Assembly: GCA_017412605.1 (NCBI GenBank)
Contig: JAFPWY010000007.1
Location: 180,239 to 244,238, forward strand
Reading direction: 5' to 3'
DNA length: 64,000 bases
DNA from: Fibrobacter sp.
GTDB lineage: Bacteria > Fibrobacterota > Fibrobacteria > Fibrobacterales > Fibrobacteraceae
Made by a program: the position numbers and the translations under genes. Below the pieces are notes generated by a model. The model had not been told where the DNA came from, made no database searches, and worked only from the letters and a program-made list of their open reading frames with translations. Positions 35,892-44,974 of this stretch are shown here, in pieces; position 1 is the first letter of the stretch; every line of letters starts with the position of its first letter.

Positions 35892-36542
35892 ATGCTCAAG
35901 CAAATTATCGCACCCAGCGTCCTAAACGCAAATTTCCTCGAACTCGGTAACGGCATCAAGGCCATCGAAAACGGTGGTGCTGGCCTCGTCCACCTCGACA
36001 TCATGGACGGGCACTTTGTCCCAAATATCAGCTTCGGCCCGGGCATTTCCGCCTGTGTCGGCAAGGGCACCAAGCTCCCGCTCGATTGCCACCTGATGAT
36101 TGAAAACCCCGAAAAGTACGTGGGTGAATTCGCGAAGGCCGGTGCAAGCATCATCAGCGTGCACGCCGAAACCACGAACCACCTCGACCGCTTGCTGCAC
36201 CAGATTGCGGAACTCGGCGTGAAGCCCGCCGTGGCCATCAACCCGGCGACCCCGCTGGAAAGCATCAAGTACGTGCTCGACATCGTAGACATGGTGCTCA
36301 TCATGTCGGTGAACCCGGGCTTCGGCGGCCAGAGTCTCATCCCCTACTGCCTCGACAAGATTCGTGAGCTCCGCCAGATGAAACCGGAACTCGACATCCA
36401 GATCGACGGTGGCGTCAAGCTCGACAACATCCTTGCCTGCAAGGAAGCCGGCGCGAACATCTTTGTGGTCGGTTCAGCCATCTTCGGCAAGCCCGATCCC
36501 GAAGCCGTGTGCCGCGAATTCGTGAAGCTCGTTAACGGCTAG
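35892..36542 (+). CDS. rpe: ribulose-phosphate 3-epimerase
   Basis: IAPSVL, HLDIMDGHFVPNISFG, DCHLMI, MSVNPGFGGQ, IDGG. Confidence 0.97.
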   Translation: MLKQIIAPSVLNANFLELGNGIKAIENGGAGLVHLDIMDGHFVPNISFGPGISACVGKGTKLPLDCHLMIENPEKYVGEFAKAGASIISVHAETTNHLDRLLHQIAELGVKPAVAINPATPLESIKYVLDIVDMVLIMSVNPGFGGQSLIPYCLDKIRELRQMKPELDIQIDGGVKLDNILACKEAGANIFVVGSAIFGKPDPEAVCREFVKLVNG

Positions 36543-38244
36543 TCGCACCATTTGCGCGGTAGCGTTTTTCGCCATCGCGAATAATCGCATTATTGCGCTC
36601 CCTCTGTACGAAGGGAGCGTTTTTCTTTTGCGCAGCATCTGTGAAGGCGCGCGGGCGAATCGAGGTCTTCACGCTCTCATCGAAATAAATCTTGCCCAGA
36701 TAAACGGCAGGCTGCTCTCCGCCACAAGAGCCTATACCCGAAGGGACGCGGTTTGCAAATTCAATTTCACCGATTTTCAGATACACCTGATAACGGCTTT
36801 TATCGTGTCCCTTTATCTTGGCAGTAATTTCAAGTTCGTTATTCCCGTCAAACGTCATCACGGTATCGCCGCCCGCAATAGAAATGGTGCGGCTATGAAT
36901 ATTACGGGAATCGATATCCGGCAAGTCATAATAAGTCGGCGTCGGGCACATATCCAAATCGCTACCTTCTAGATCGTCCAAAACAGCAAGCTTCACAGGA
37001 GCTTCTCGCGTCAGGTTTCCAAAGCCCACGTTCTGGATACGCAGTTTCGCACGTAAAATTCCGTCACTCCCTACCGTATCGCTCAGCCACGATTCGCGCA
37101 GCACGAAGCGGTAGCCCAGGTGGTCGTTGATGTACTTGAATCCCGAAAGCGAATCGACACGCGACGGGTCGTAATCGAAATCCTTCTGCGTGAAGGACGT
37201 CTTTTTCCAGCCGTCAATCAGGTTGTTGTTCCACTGGATGTTCAGGTAGCTCGTATGCGTGCGGAAACCCTCGTAAGAGAGAAATTCCGGAGTGTTGATG
37301 ACTTCGTAATTTTCGGCGGTCGTGAGTGCTTCGCCGCCATAAGGCGTATTGATGCCGTACTTCTCGAGCCAAGCTACGCCCTCTTCGCGGCAGATGGATG
37401 TCGCACAGTCGGCACCCCAGGTGCCGTAATCGTACTGCGTTCCCAGATAGCCGTCGTTGAACATTCCCACGCGGTACATCGTGTCGCCCTTCGCCTTCGC
37501 GATTTCGGCAAACTTCTCGCCGTCAATATGGAAATCTACGCCCCAGTCGTCAAAGCCAAGCACCTTCGCCGAATAGTTACCCGTGCGGGTCAAGATTTTC
37601 AGTTCGGGCGGCGTGCTACGCAGCATCAGGTTTGTCGCCTCGGCAATACGGTCATAGGTGATGTTCGTATCGGAGTGCATCTCGCCGTAAGCGCCGTGCA
37701 TCCCCATCTCTAGCGCCACGATCACGTCGGTATTCTTCGAAAGCACAGGAGCGAGCTGCTTCACATGCTTCAGCACCCACTCGTGATCCGGAGTCACGTT
37801 GCTACGCCCATTGTACCACGGGTCGTAACAGATGCGCACAATTACGTGCCCGCCAAATTTGCGGATGCTGTCGAGCGATTCCTGCAACACGTTCAGGGCG
37901 TCTTCGGTCAGGTCCTGGTCCTTGCCCCAGGTGGTATCCTTCTTGCCACCGGTCGTGTCGATGCCCAGCCAGGCATGGCTACTGAATTCCGAAATTTCCG
38001 CGCGCAGGTGCAGCAACTTGGCATACGGCTTTTCAATCGGCTTGCCGCCCGAAGGCTTGAGGTGCAGTACCTGCGGCGTATAGAACCCGCGGTCATAATT
38101 GTCGAGCGTCGCCATCGCATCGGTCGTGTCGATATTCTGCTTTACGAGATCCGCCGCCAAAACTGGTGCATGAGAAAGCACAAGCAAAAACGCTGCCAGC
38201 GCGGCAACCCTCATATTGAAAAAACGGATACGAGAACATCTCAT
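36532..38244 (-). CDS. secreted DUF4874/DUF4832-type putative glycoside hydrolase
   Basis: Signal peptide; GMHGAYGEMH, GMFNDGYLG, GGE, HTSYLN, LGYRFVL, NVGFG motifs; basic C-terminal tail. Start could be 38244 or 38214. Confidence 0.7.
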   Translation of the reverse strand: MRCSRIRFFNMRVAALAAFLLVLSHAPVLAADLVKQNIDTTDAMATLDNYDRGFYTPQVLHLKPSGGKPIEKPYAKLLHLRAEISEFSSHAWLGIDTTGGKKDTTWGKDQDLTEDALNVLQESLDSIRKFGGHVIVRICYDPWYNGRSNVTPDHEWVLKHVKQLAPVLSKNTDVIVALEMGMHGAYGEMHSDTNITYDRIAEATNLMLRSTPPELKILTRTGNYSAKVLGFDDWGVDFHIDGEKFAEIAKAKGDTMYRVGMFNDGYLGTQYDYGTWGADCATSICREEGVAWLEKYGINTPYGGEALTTAENYEVINTPEFLSYEGFRTHTSYLNIQWNNNLIDGWKKTSFTQKDFDYDPSRVDSLSGFKYINDHLGYRFVLRESWLSDTVGSDGILRAKLRIQNVGFGNLTREAPVKLAVLDDLEGSDLDMCPTPTYYDLPDIDSRNIHSRTISIAGGDTVMTFDGNNELEITAKIKGHDKSRYQVYLKIGEIEFANRVPSGIGSCGGEQPAVYLGKIYFDESVKTSIRPRAFTDAAQKKNAPFVQRERNNAIIRDGEKRYRANGATSR

Positions 38245-38292
38245 ATCCGTAATATATACTTTTGCTTTGACCGATGTCAAGATTTCTGGATA

Positions 38293-39030
38293 TTACCAGT
38301 CCTTAGCGGGTCTTGCCTGGCCGCGCAAAGGTTTCCAAGGTTTGCGTTCGCCGTTCTGCTCGTCGAAATCCTTCAGGAGCTGCGCTGCTTCTTCGGGGCT
38401 CATCTCGCCCATCTGCACAGGCTGTTCCTGGGGTTCCTCGCCACCCTGGCTATCGCTTGAACCTTCTTCGGGCTGCTGCGGCTCGGGCTGTTCTCCGCCC
38501 TGGCTGCTGCTCGATTCGCCGTTCTGGCCCTCGCCATTCTGGTTCTGGTCTTGGTCTCCACCGCTCGAAGAACTTTCTCCCTGATTCTGGTCCTGCTTAT
38601 CCTGATTTTGGTCCTGGTTCTGCTGGTCCTTATCCTGGTCCTGATTCTGATCTTGGTTCTGATCTTTATTCTGGTCCTGGTTGTTATCCTGGTTCTTGTC
38701 GTTCTTCTTGTTCTCGTTCTTCTGCTCGTCCTTGGCCTCCTTGATGCGGTCGAGGAGCATTTGCAGTTTCTGATCGTTCGGATAGTATTGCAGGCCCTCG
38801 TTGCAGGTAATCTCGGCAGAGGGCAAGCGGTTCTCGATGTACTGGAATGCGGCATCGCTGTAGTAGGCACTCGCCGACTTCGGCGCCGCAAAAGCAGCGA
38901 CGGATAGCAGCAAAACCGTTAAAAGAGCAAGCAAAGACTTACCAACGGTCACTTCGGCAAGCTCAGTGACCTTACCATAAACATTCTTTCGTCTTTCGTC
39001 TTTCGTCTTTCGTCTAATCAAACGCATCAT
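38293..39030 (-). CDS. secreted protein with Q/N/D-rich low-complexity region (BatC-like C-terminus)
   Basis: Signal peptide, short helical domain, QDQN repeats, MSPEEAAQLL..KDW terminus; ATGA-coupled to the upstream gene. Confidence 0.7.
   Translation of the reverse strand: MMRLIRRKTKDERRKNVYGKVTELAEVTVGKSLLALLTVLLLSVAAFAAPKSASAYYSDAAFQYIENRLPSAEITCNEGLQYYPNDQKLQMLLDRIKEAKDEQKNENKKNDKNQDNNQDQNKDQNQDQNQDQDKDQQNQDQNQDKQDQNQGESSSSGGDQDQNQNGEGQNGESSSSQGGEQPEPQQPEEGSSDSQGGEEPQEQPVQMGEMSPEEAAQLLKDFDEQNGERKPWKPLRGQARPAKDW
38947..39017. repeat. hairpin plus 4x TTTCGTC heptamer inside the 5' end of the CDS
   Basis: GGTCACT-TCGGCAAGCTC-AGTGACC at 38947-38971; (TTTCGTC)x4 at 38987-39014. Confidence 0.85.
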
Positions 39031-39764
39031 ATCACCTCCAGGTCGTTGTCGGTGTTGCTTGCGTCAATCTTGGCCTTGGGCTTGCGGCCGGCCTTGATTT
39101 CGATGACGTCGTCGATGCGCTGCACGTGACCATTCAGCTGGCCCGCAGTCTCGTCTTCGGCAATCAGGTTCTCGAGCATTTCCTTGCCTTCGGCGTACTT
39201 GCCGTCTTTGCAGAGCTGGAGCGCACGCGCCAGAACTTCCTTCGCCTTCTCGGAAAGCGGCGGCTGTTTCTGGTCGTTGTTTTGGTCCTGATTCTGGTCT
39301 TGGTTCTGCTTTTGCTTGTCGAGTTCCTCTTTCAGCTTGCGCTGAACGATTTCCACGTTCTTCTTCGCGTTCTCGAAACTGTTGTCGAGGTCAATCGCTT
39401 TCTTGAGGTAGGCGACCGACTCGCGCCACGCGGCAATGCGTTCGCTCCCTTCGGCGGCCTTCTCGCCCATGCGGAAATGCGTGTTCGCGAGGTTGTAGGC
39501 GGCCTTCGCGGCCATCTTCTTGTCGGGCATGCGCACGGCACTCTCGAGTTCCTTCTTGGCCTCTTCGTAATTGCCGAGCCTGTACTGGCACGTACCAATA
39601 TTGTAGAACAAAAGCGGGTTCGCGGGTTCGGCCTCGCGGGCCTTCATGTACTTTTCAAGCGCACCGGCGTAGTCGCCGTTCTTGAACAGCTTGTTGCCGT
39701 CATTGATTGGCCGCGCACAAATCGTCACCGCAAATAAGCACGTCAAAAGAACAAATAATCGCAT
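39027..39764 (-). CDS. tetratricopeptide repeat protein (BatC-like)
   Basis: Signal peptide; GNKLFKNGDYAGALEKY, YNIGTCQYRLGNYEEA, YNLANT TPRs. Confidence 0.85.
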   Translation of the reverse strand: MRLFVLLTCLFAVTICARPINDGNKLFKNGDYAGALEKYMKAREAEPANPLLFYNIGTCQYRLGNYEEAKKELESAVRMPDKKMAAKAAYNLANTHFRMGEKAAEGSERIAAWRESVAYLKKAIDLDNSFENAKKNVEIVQRKLKEELDKQKQNQDQNQDQNNDQKQPPLSEKAKEVLARALQLCKDGKYAEGKEMLENLIAEDETAGQLNGHVQRIDDVIEIKAGRKPKAKIDASNTDNDLEVI

Positions 39765-39842
39765 TTTTAGCCTCTAACGGCTAGAATATACAAAACTGCG
39801 AGGCAAAAAACCGCCCATTCCGTTCAAAAAACGCACTAGAGA

Positions 39843-40871
39843 CTATTGCAAGTTTTTATAAAGAAATTCCACAAGACGCTTTAATACATCCGCTTTGTAG
39901 GGCTCTTTGCCATAAAATTCATGTCCTTCGCCCTCTACGAAAAAAGATTCATGATTTATACGACGATTATTCAAGACAGAATCTATGACAAAACTTCCGT
40001 AAAAAATGGGACTAGAGAATTTAATATTAAATGCTTTGGCAGCGGAACCATATCCGGGCATATAACTGTTTTTCTCTTTTACGGAATCGAGATTCAACAT
40101 CCGTCCCTCCTTGAACGGAATAATCTCGTCCCTCGTTCCATGAACCAACAAGACAGGAACGGAGATATTTTTTATCTGAACCTTATCTATCACGGCACCC
40201 CATAACGAAATCACCGCATCAGGTTTCGCTTCTGCATTTTCAATCGAAGATTGCAACGCCAAGATTGCACCAGAACTACAACCAACAACAAAAATGCGAT
40301 TGGGATTGATTCCATAATCTTTTGCATTCACTTTAAAATATTGAATGGCCGCTTGTAAATCTTGAACACCCCATTGAACAGCTCTTTTAAAATCCGAACT
40401 ATCCAAGAACATTTTGTTGCGAACAGTTTTCAAAACAAGGCCAATTCGGTAATCTATGGAAGCCACCACATAGCCACGGGCTGCAAGCGAGTCGCTATAT
40501 GCTACAATAGGTTGATTTTGATCATCCCTACCCCCAGATACAAAAGCACCCCCATGAACTATTATCACTAGAGGACGTCTTTTGGCGGTATCATTTTGGG
40601 GTTGGTATAAATCAAATCGCAAGTCTTCGTCCTTTGTTTCGTTATCATTTTGATAGAACCAAAGGACAGGAATATCGTTGGATGACGTTTTCAAGCCAGA
40701 AACCAAGGATGTAATCATGTGTTTCTTAGCTAGATGCGGAACACCGGACGCATAGACAAGATTTGGTATTTTTTCAACTTCAAATATAGGCTCTTTATAC
40801 CGCTCCGCACTTAATGCCGACGGAACAAAAAAGAACAAAATGAAGATGACGGCCAATAATGCTGGCATCAT
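39843..40871 (-). CDS. secreted alpha/beta hydrolase (carboxylesterase)
   Basis: HGGAF oxyanion motif, GCSSG nucleophile elbow, HGTRD, GEGH. Confidence 0.9.
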   Translation of the reverse strand: MMPALLAVIFILFFFVPSALSAERYKEPIFEVEKIPNLVYASGVPHLAKKHMITSLVSGLKTSSNDIPVLWFYQNDNETKDEDLRFDLYQPQNDTAKRRPLVIIVHGGAFVSGGRDDQNQPIVAYSDSLAARGYVVASIDYRIGLVLKTVRNKMFLDSSDFKRAVQWGVQDLQAAIQYFKVNAKDYGINPNRIFVVGCSSGAILALQSSIENAEAKPDAVISLWGAVIDKVQIKNISVPVLLVHGTRDEIIPFKEGRMLNLDSVKEKNSYMPGYGSAAKAFNIKFSSPIFYGSFVIDSVLNNRRINHESFFVEGEGHEFYGKEPYKADVLKRLVEFLYKNLQ

Positions 40872-42211
40872 TCAAGCTTGCGAACTAAACGTATCCCATT
40901 GAGCCAATCGGGAATTATAGATTTAACAGATCTAGAACTTCGACATACATGTTTTCTCATAAACATACATGATCGCCCAATGCCAAAACTTCTTTTATTA
41001 TATTGAAAACATTCCAATGCCACACCAGAACCAATGCGATTGTCCATTTGATCATCCCGATTATTCTTGTGGTAAAACATTGAATACTCTTCCGCATTTC
41101 CATAAACGTCATAAAGTCCAAAGGCATTTGGGGCAAACTGTTTTACCGGATAGACACCCGGATTGGTGGATGCACAATTAATGTCCATGTACTTTTTCAA
41201 TTCATTTTCATCCTCTTCATCCCCCCACAAAAATGTGGAAGATTTGCCCCCTAGTTGGAGAACCTTCCATTCATCTCTCATCGGCATTCGATATCCATTG
41301 GCTGTAGAGTCAAACACGTCAACAGAATGACGAATTTGTGTTTCCACGAACCGAACATGAGCTGTATCAATTTCACTAATAGAAAAAGTTTTGAATACAT
41401 GATCAAGCCCATCCTTTTCCGAACGCCATTCCGAAAAAAGATAAATGTAACTCTTCGGATCAATAGGATAATCCATTATTTTAAGGGAATCAGTCGTATG
41501 ATAAAAATTTTCCCAATCTTGCTTGAAATAAAGATCTTTATGCGTTTTTCCTTCCATGAGCCAGAATGCATCTCTAGCTCGCAACTCCGTTCTATCAACA
41601 ATTAAATCCTGCGACAGGACAACCTCTTTCCTTTCTATTTCTTCCTTTTTTGTTCCATATCCTTGATACTCTACTCTATAATCCCCTCTTACACTAAACT
41701 TTTTTCCCGCCAATTCTACAACAACCTGATTCACCAGAATCCAGCTAGAATCGGCGTCCGTCAAATCATTCAGGTTTCTTGAAAACAGAACCAAGATGCT
41801 CCTCGTATAAGGCGACCCATCAACATAGACGCAATTCTTGGAATCAACATGAGCCGAGCCATTCACAATCCAGGTTCCATTCCCCGTATTAAAATTCTTC
41901 TCAGGACAAAGTTTGACACCCTGATTCCAGTCCACCTCATACCAGCGCTTTTTTCCTTTTGACTTGACATAGTCCTTTTTAATAAAAGCGCTCGCATTAG
42001 TTTTCTTTCCAGTGTTTTTTGCCACAAAACATCTTTTACTTGGGCATTTCTTCGAATTTAACTCTGACAAAGAGCCCATTTTAGTCAGCAGATGTCCTTC
42101 TGCATCATAAACGTTCAGCCCCTGTTGCGCAAAACAGGATATACAGGCAACTAATATGATGTTTACTAAAATTCTCTTCACCATCACCTTCAAATTCATG
42201 ATGCGTATCAA
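40868..42211 (-). CDS. secreted SUMF1/FGE-sulfatase-domain protein, copy A
   Basis: GYRMPMRDEW..GG, PVKQFAPNAFGLYDVYGNAEE. Start uncertain (42211 TTG, 42199 or 42184 ATG). Confidence 0.75.
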   Translation of the reverse strand: MIRIMNLKVMVKRILVNIILVACISCFAQQGLNVYDAEGHLLTKMGSLSELNSKKCPSKRCFVAKNTGKKTNASAFIKKDYVKSKGKKRWYEVDWNQGVKLCPEKNFNTGNGTWIVNGSAHVDSKNCVYVDGSPYTRSILVLFSRNLNDLTDADSSWILVNQVVVELAGKKFSVRGDYRVEYQGYGTKKEEIERKEVVLSQDLIVDRTELRARDAFWLMEGKTHKDLYFKQDWENFYHTTDSLKIMDYPIDPKSYIYLFSEWRSEKDGLDHVFKTFSISEIDTAHVRFVETQIRHSVDVFDSTANGYRMPMRDEWKVLQLGGKSSTFLWGDEEDENELKKYMDINCASTNPGVYPVKQFAPNAFGLYDVYGNAEEYSMFYHKNNRDDQMDNRIGSGVALECFQYNKRSFGIGRSCMFMRKHVCRSSRSVKSIIPDWLNGIRLVRKLE

Positions 42212-42240
42212 TCACAAATTAATTCATTTATAACAAAAAA
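41934..42240. repeat. 307-bp direct repeat, copy 1 (5' end of SUMF1 gene A plus upstream)
   Basis: 10 mismatches versus 43407-43713 by manual alignment. Confidence 0.95.
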
Positions 42241-42251
42241 TCAAGTTTATT

Positions 42252-42323
42252 TTACACCTCTCCGAGGCGATTGCCAGCAAAAAATATCAGAATAAAGACC
42301 GGACCCAATATTCTTAGCATCAT
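42252..42323 (-). pseudogene. relic of the esterase signal-peptide coding region (23 codons)
   Basis: MMLRILGPVFILIFFA.. aligns codon for codon with the esterase start MMPALLAVIFILFFFV, with the same ATGA overlap to the preceding SUMF1 stop. Confidence 0.6.
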
Positions 42324-43684
42324 TCAAGCTTGCGGACAAAACGTATACCATTCATTCCACGATATACATAACTGCGACAGTTACCGCCAACACATATTTG
42401 CCTTCCATGCACTACTTGAGAAGCTTGGATTTTCTGTTGGAACCAACAGGTTGTGCTCATTGTATAATGTACAGAAAAGCCATTGCATTCTATAGGGAAT
42501 AAAACGTTTCCATCTTTTTCTTCAATAACCTTCTCATTAGCATTTCCATACACATCATACAATCCAAATGGATTAGCATCAAGTTTTGCAACAGCGCGAA
42601 CACCGCCATCATATGAGTCACTTAAATCCCACTCATAGCGACGCGCAAGCAAAGTGTCATCGCCCCAAAAGAAATCTGATTGTCGCCCCCCGCTCTGCAA
42701 AAAGGTCCATTCTGAATCATACGGAATTCTATACCCATTTTTAGAGGTATCCATAACCATTTTTTCTTTTTTATCTGAACGAATAGACAAAAGAATTCCT
42801 GCAACAGAAGAATCAAATGGAACCTTAAAAAAAACATCATCTAATTGATCACGTTGAGATCTCCATATTGCATATCTCATCATATCCGCTCTTTCAGAAA
42901 GTTCAACCGGACAATCTAGAAGGGCCGTTGAATCATCAGTCGAATAAAAAGACAAATCCGTCTCCTTATTACACACATTTTTGCAAAAATATTTATTCTT
43001 TTCGCTATAATTCTCGCCACAATCCTGCTTGCATATATCTTTTTTTAATTCAAAAGCTTCCCTAATGGTAAATTCCGTCCGGTCAACAATAAGATCATGT
43101 TTAAGAGTCTCAGTTTTCCATTTTTCCTTTAACCTAGGAGCCCCAACATAATCCCGCTGAGGAATCCAAACCTTAGACAACGAACCACTCATTTTCACAA
43201 CCGTCTGGTTCACCAAGATCCAACTTGTATCGGCATCAGATAGGTCATCCTGATTTTTCGCGAAAAGGACCAAAATGCTTCTTGCATAAGGAGAGCCCTC
43301 CACAAGAACGCAATTTTTGGAATCAACAGAGGCAGCGCCATTAACAATCCAGATTCCCTTCGAGTTTTTTGTTTCGGGGCAAAGCTTTATCCCTTCGTTA
43401 AGATTTACCTCATACCAACGCTTTTTTCCCTTTGACTTGACATAGTCCTTTTTAATAAAAACGCTCGCATTGGTTTTCTTTCCAGTGTTTTTTGCCACAA
43501 AACATCTTTTACTTGGACAGTTTTTCGAATTTAACTCTGACAAAGAGGCCATTTTAGTCAGCAGATGTCCTTCTGCATCATAAACGTTCAACCCCTGTTG
43601 TGCAAAACAGGATATACAGGCAACTAATATGATGTTTACTAAAATTCTCTTCACCATCACCTTCAAATTCATGATGCGTATCAA
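42320..43684 (-). CDS. secreted SUMF1/FGE-sulfatase-domain protein, copy B
   Basis: GYRIPYDSEW..GG, ANPFGLYDVYGNANE; N-terminus nearly identical to copy A. Confidence 0.75.
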   Translation of the reverse strand: MIRIMNLKVMVKRILVNIILVACISCFAQQGLNVYDAEGHLLTKMASLSELNSKNCPSKRCFVAKNTGKKTNASVFIKKDYVKSKGKKRWYEVNLNEGIKLCPETKNSKGIWIVNGAASVDSKNCVLVEGSPYARSILVLFAKNQDDLSDADTSWILVNQTVVKMSGSLSKVWIPQRDYVGAPRLKEKWKTETLKHDLIVDRTEFTIREAFELKKDICKQDCGENYSEKNKYFCKNVCNKETDLSFYSTDDSTALLDCPVELSERADMMRYAIWRSQRDQLDDVFFKVPFDSSVAGILLSIRSDKKEKMVMDTSKNGYRIPYDSEWTFLQSGGRQSDFFWGDDTLLARRYEWDLSDSYDGGVRAVAKLDANPFGLYDVYGNANEKVIEEKDGNVLFPIECNGFSVHYTMSTTCWFQQKIQASQVVHGRQICVGGNCRSYVYRGMNGIRFVRKLE

Positions 43685-43713
43685 TCACAAATTAATTCAT
43701 TTATAACAAAAAA
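43407..43713. repeat. 307-bp direct repeat, copy 2
   Basis: Offset 1473 bp from copy 1. Confidence 0.95.
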
Positions 43714-43742
43714 ACAAGAAAGTCCGCCGGGCGGGCGGACTT
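43710..43742 (-). terminator. rho-independent terminator
   Basis: Minus strand AAGTCCGCC-CGCCC-GGCGGACTT followed by TCTTGTTTTTTT. Confidence 0.75.
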
Positions 43743-43771
43743 ATTTTCCCATTTTATAGAGGTTTTCCTTG

Positions 43772-44974
43772 TTACGGCATCGATGCAGAGCACATGGCCT
43801 CGGGCATTGATGCGGAAGTCACGGGGAAAGGCATCGACGCCGAAGACATGGATTCACCGCCTAGTGCGTCGAACGGGTCTTCTTCATCGTCTTGCACATT
43901 GAAGTGCTCGTTTTCGCCGTCCATGTCCGGACAAACCGTATAGCACTTGCCATTCAAGCTATTTTCGCATACAGAGTAGCATGATTCCATCGACGTGGCA
44001 CTCATTGTCCCATCCACCGAGGCAGAACTCATAGCCTCGGGCATCGCAGCCGAAGTCACGGGGAAAGGCATCGATGCAGAAGACATGGATTCGCCGCCTT
44101 GCGGGTCAAACGGGTCGTCATCATCGCCTTGTACATTGAAGTACTCTTCTTCGCCTTCCATGTCGAGGCAAATCTCCTGACACTCCATATTGTCAAACGG
44201 ATTAGCGACCGTGTCTTTCGAAGAAATGTTCTCCAACGGATTCGTGCATACAATGGAGCACTGCGGGCCCTCTGCCATCACCAAGGAATCGCAGCGCGCC
44301 TTATAGTAGTAATCCGCCTCATGCGTCAGCACTTCCGGGGTAATGGCCAGACCGAACAGTGGCACAGCGCAGGCGACCCGGAGGTTCCTAAAGTCATTAC
44401 AACCGGTTCCATCATTATAATCCCTGAATACGCCATACAACGATTCACAACGCAGCCGGAACGCCGTAAGGTCCGCTTCGCAATCTATTTTGTCTTCTTC
44501 AAACCAATAGTTATTTTCAACCTTTTCTATCAAGACCTCGTCCTTTGTCAACAAAAGACTGGTTTCCATGTAGTCTGCGCTAGTTCCGGTAAAGAGCATC
44601 TGGGTGCCAGATTCCGCTTCATAATAAGTAACGTTGCATCCCTGCCGGCTATAATAAACTTCGCCCGAAGTCTCGAAATCATGGGCTGTTTGCGGCACAG
44701 GAATTTGAACGGACGGGTCGTCAATTTCCACTATGCCTGAATCTAACCTTACCTCATTGGTGCTTTCCAAAGTTCCGACGCCACCAGATTCCATAGTCTT
44801 GAGGATGCTATCCATGATGGCTTTTTGTCCTGCAGAAGGCTCCTGGGGCAAAACGGACAGTCTAGTGTCAAGATCGCCAGCCGGTTCCGTCGTCACGCCG
44901 GCACCCTCTTCCGAAGAACATGCCGCAAACAAGGCAAGCGAGAAAACGATTCCTATATATTTCTTCTTATCCAT
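43772..44974 (-). CDS. hypothetical lipoprotein with a C-terminal 79-residue-period repeat
   Basis: ALFAAC lipobox; two copies of FNVQ..DPFD..GGESMSSASMPFPVTSA.MPEAM.SAS. Confidence 0.8.
   Translation of the reverse strand: MDKKKYIGIVFSLALFAACSSEEGAGVTTEPAGDLDTRLSVLPQEPSAGQKAIMDSILKTMESGGVGTLESTNEVRLDSGIVEIDDPSVQIPVPQTAHDFETSGEVYYSRQGCNVTYYEAESGTQMLFTGTSADYMETSLLLTKDEVLIEKVENNYWFEEDKIDCEADLTAFRLRCESLYGVFRDYNDGTGCNDFRNLRVACAVPLFGLAITPEVLTHEADYYYKARCDSLVMAEGPQCSIVCTNPLENISSKDTVANPFDNMECQEICLDMEGEEEYFNVQGDDDDPFDPQGGESMSSASMPFPVTSAAMPEAMSSASVDGTMSATSMESCYSVCENSLNGKCYTVCPDMDGENEHFNVQDDEEDPFDALGGESMSSASMPFPVTSASMPEAMCSASMP

Noticed and set aside
40868-43684. Diversity-generating retroelement targeting the SUMF1 genes
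   Set aside because: No reverse transcriptase, and no TR/VR pair differing only at adenines; the repeat is at the 5' end rather than the 3' end.
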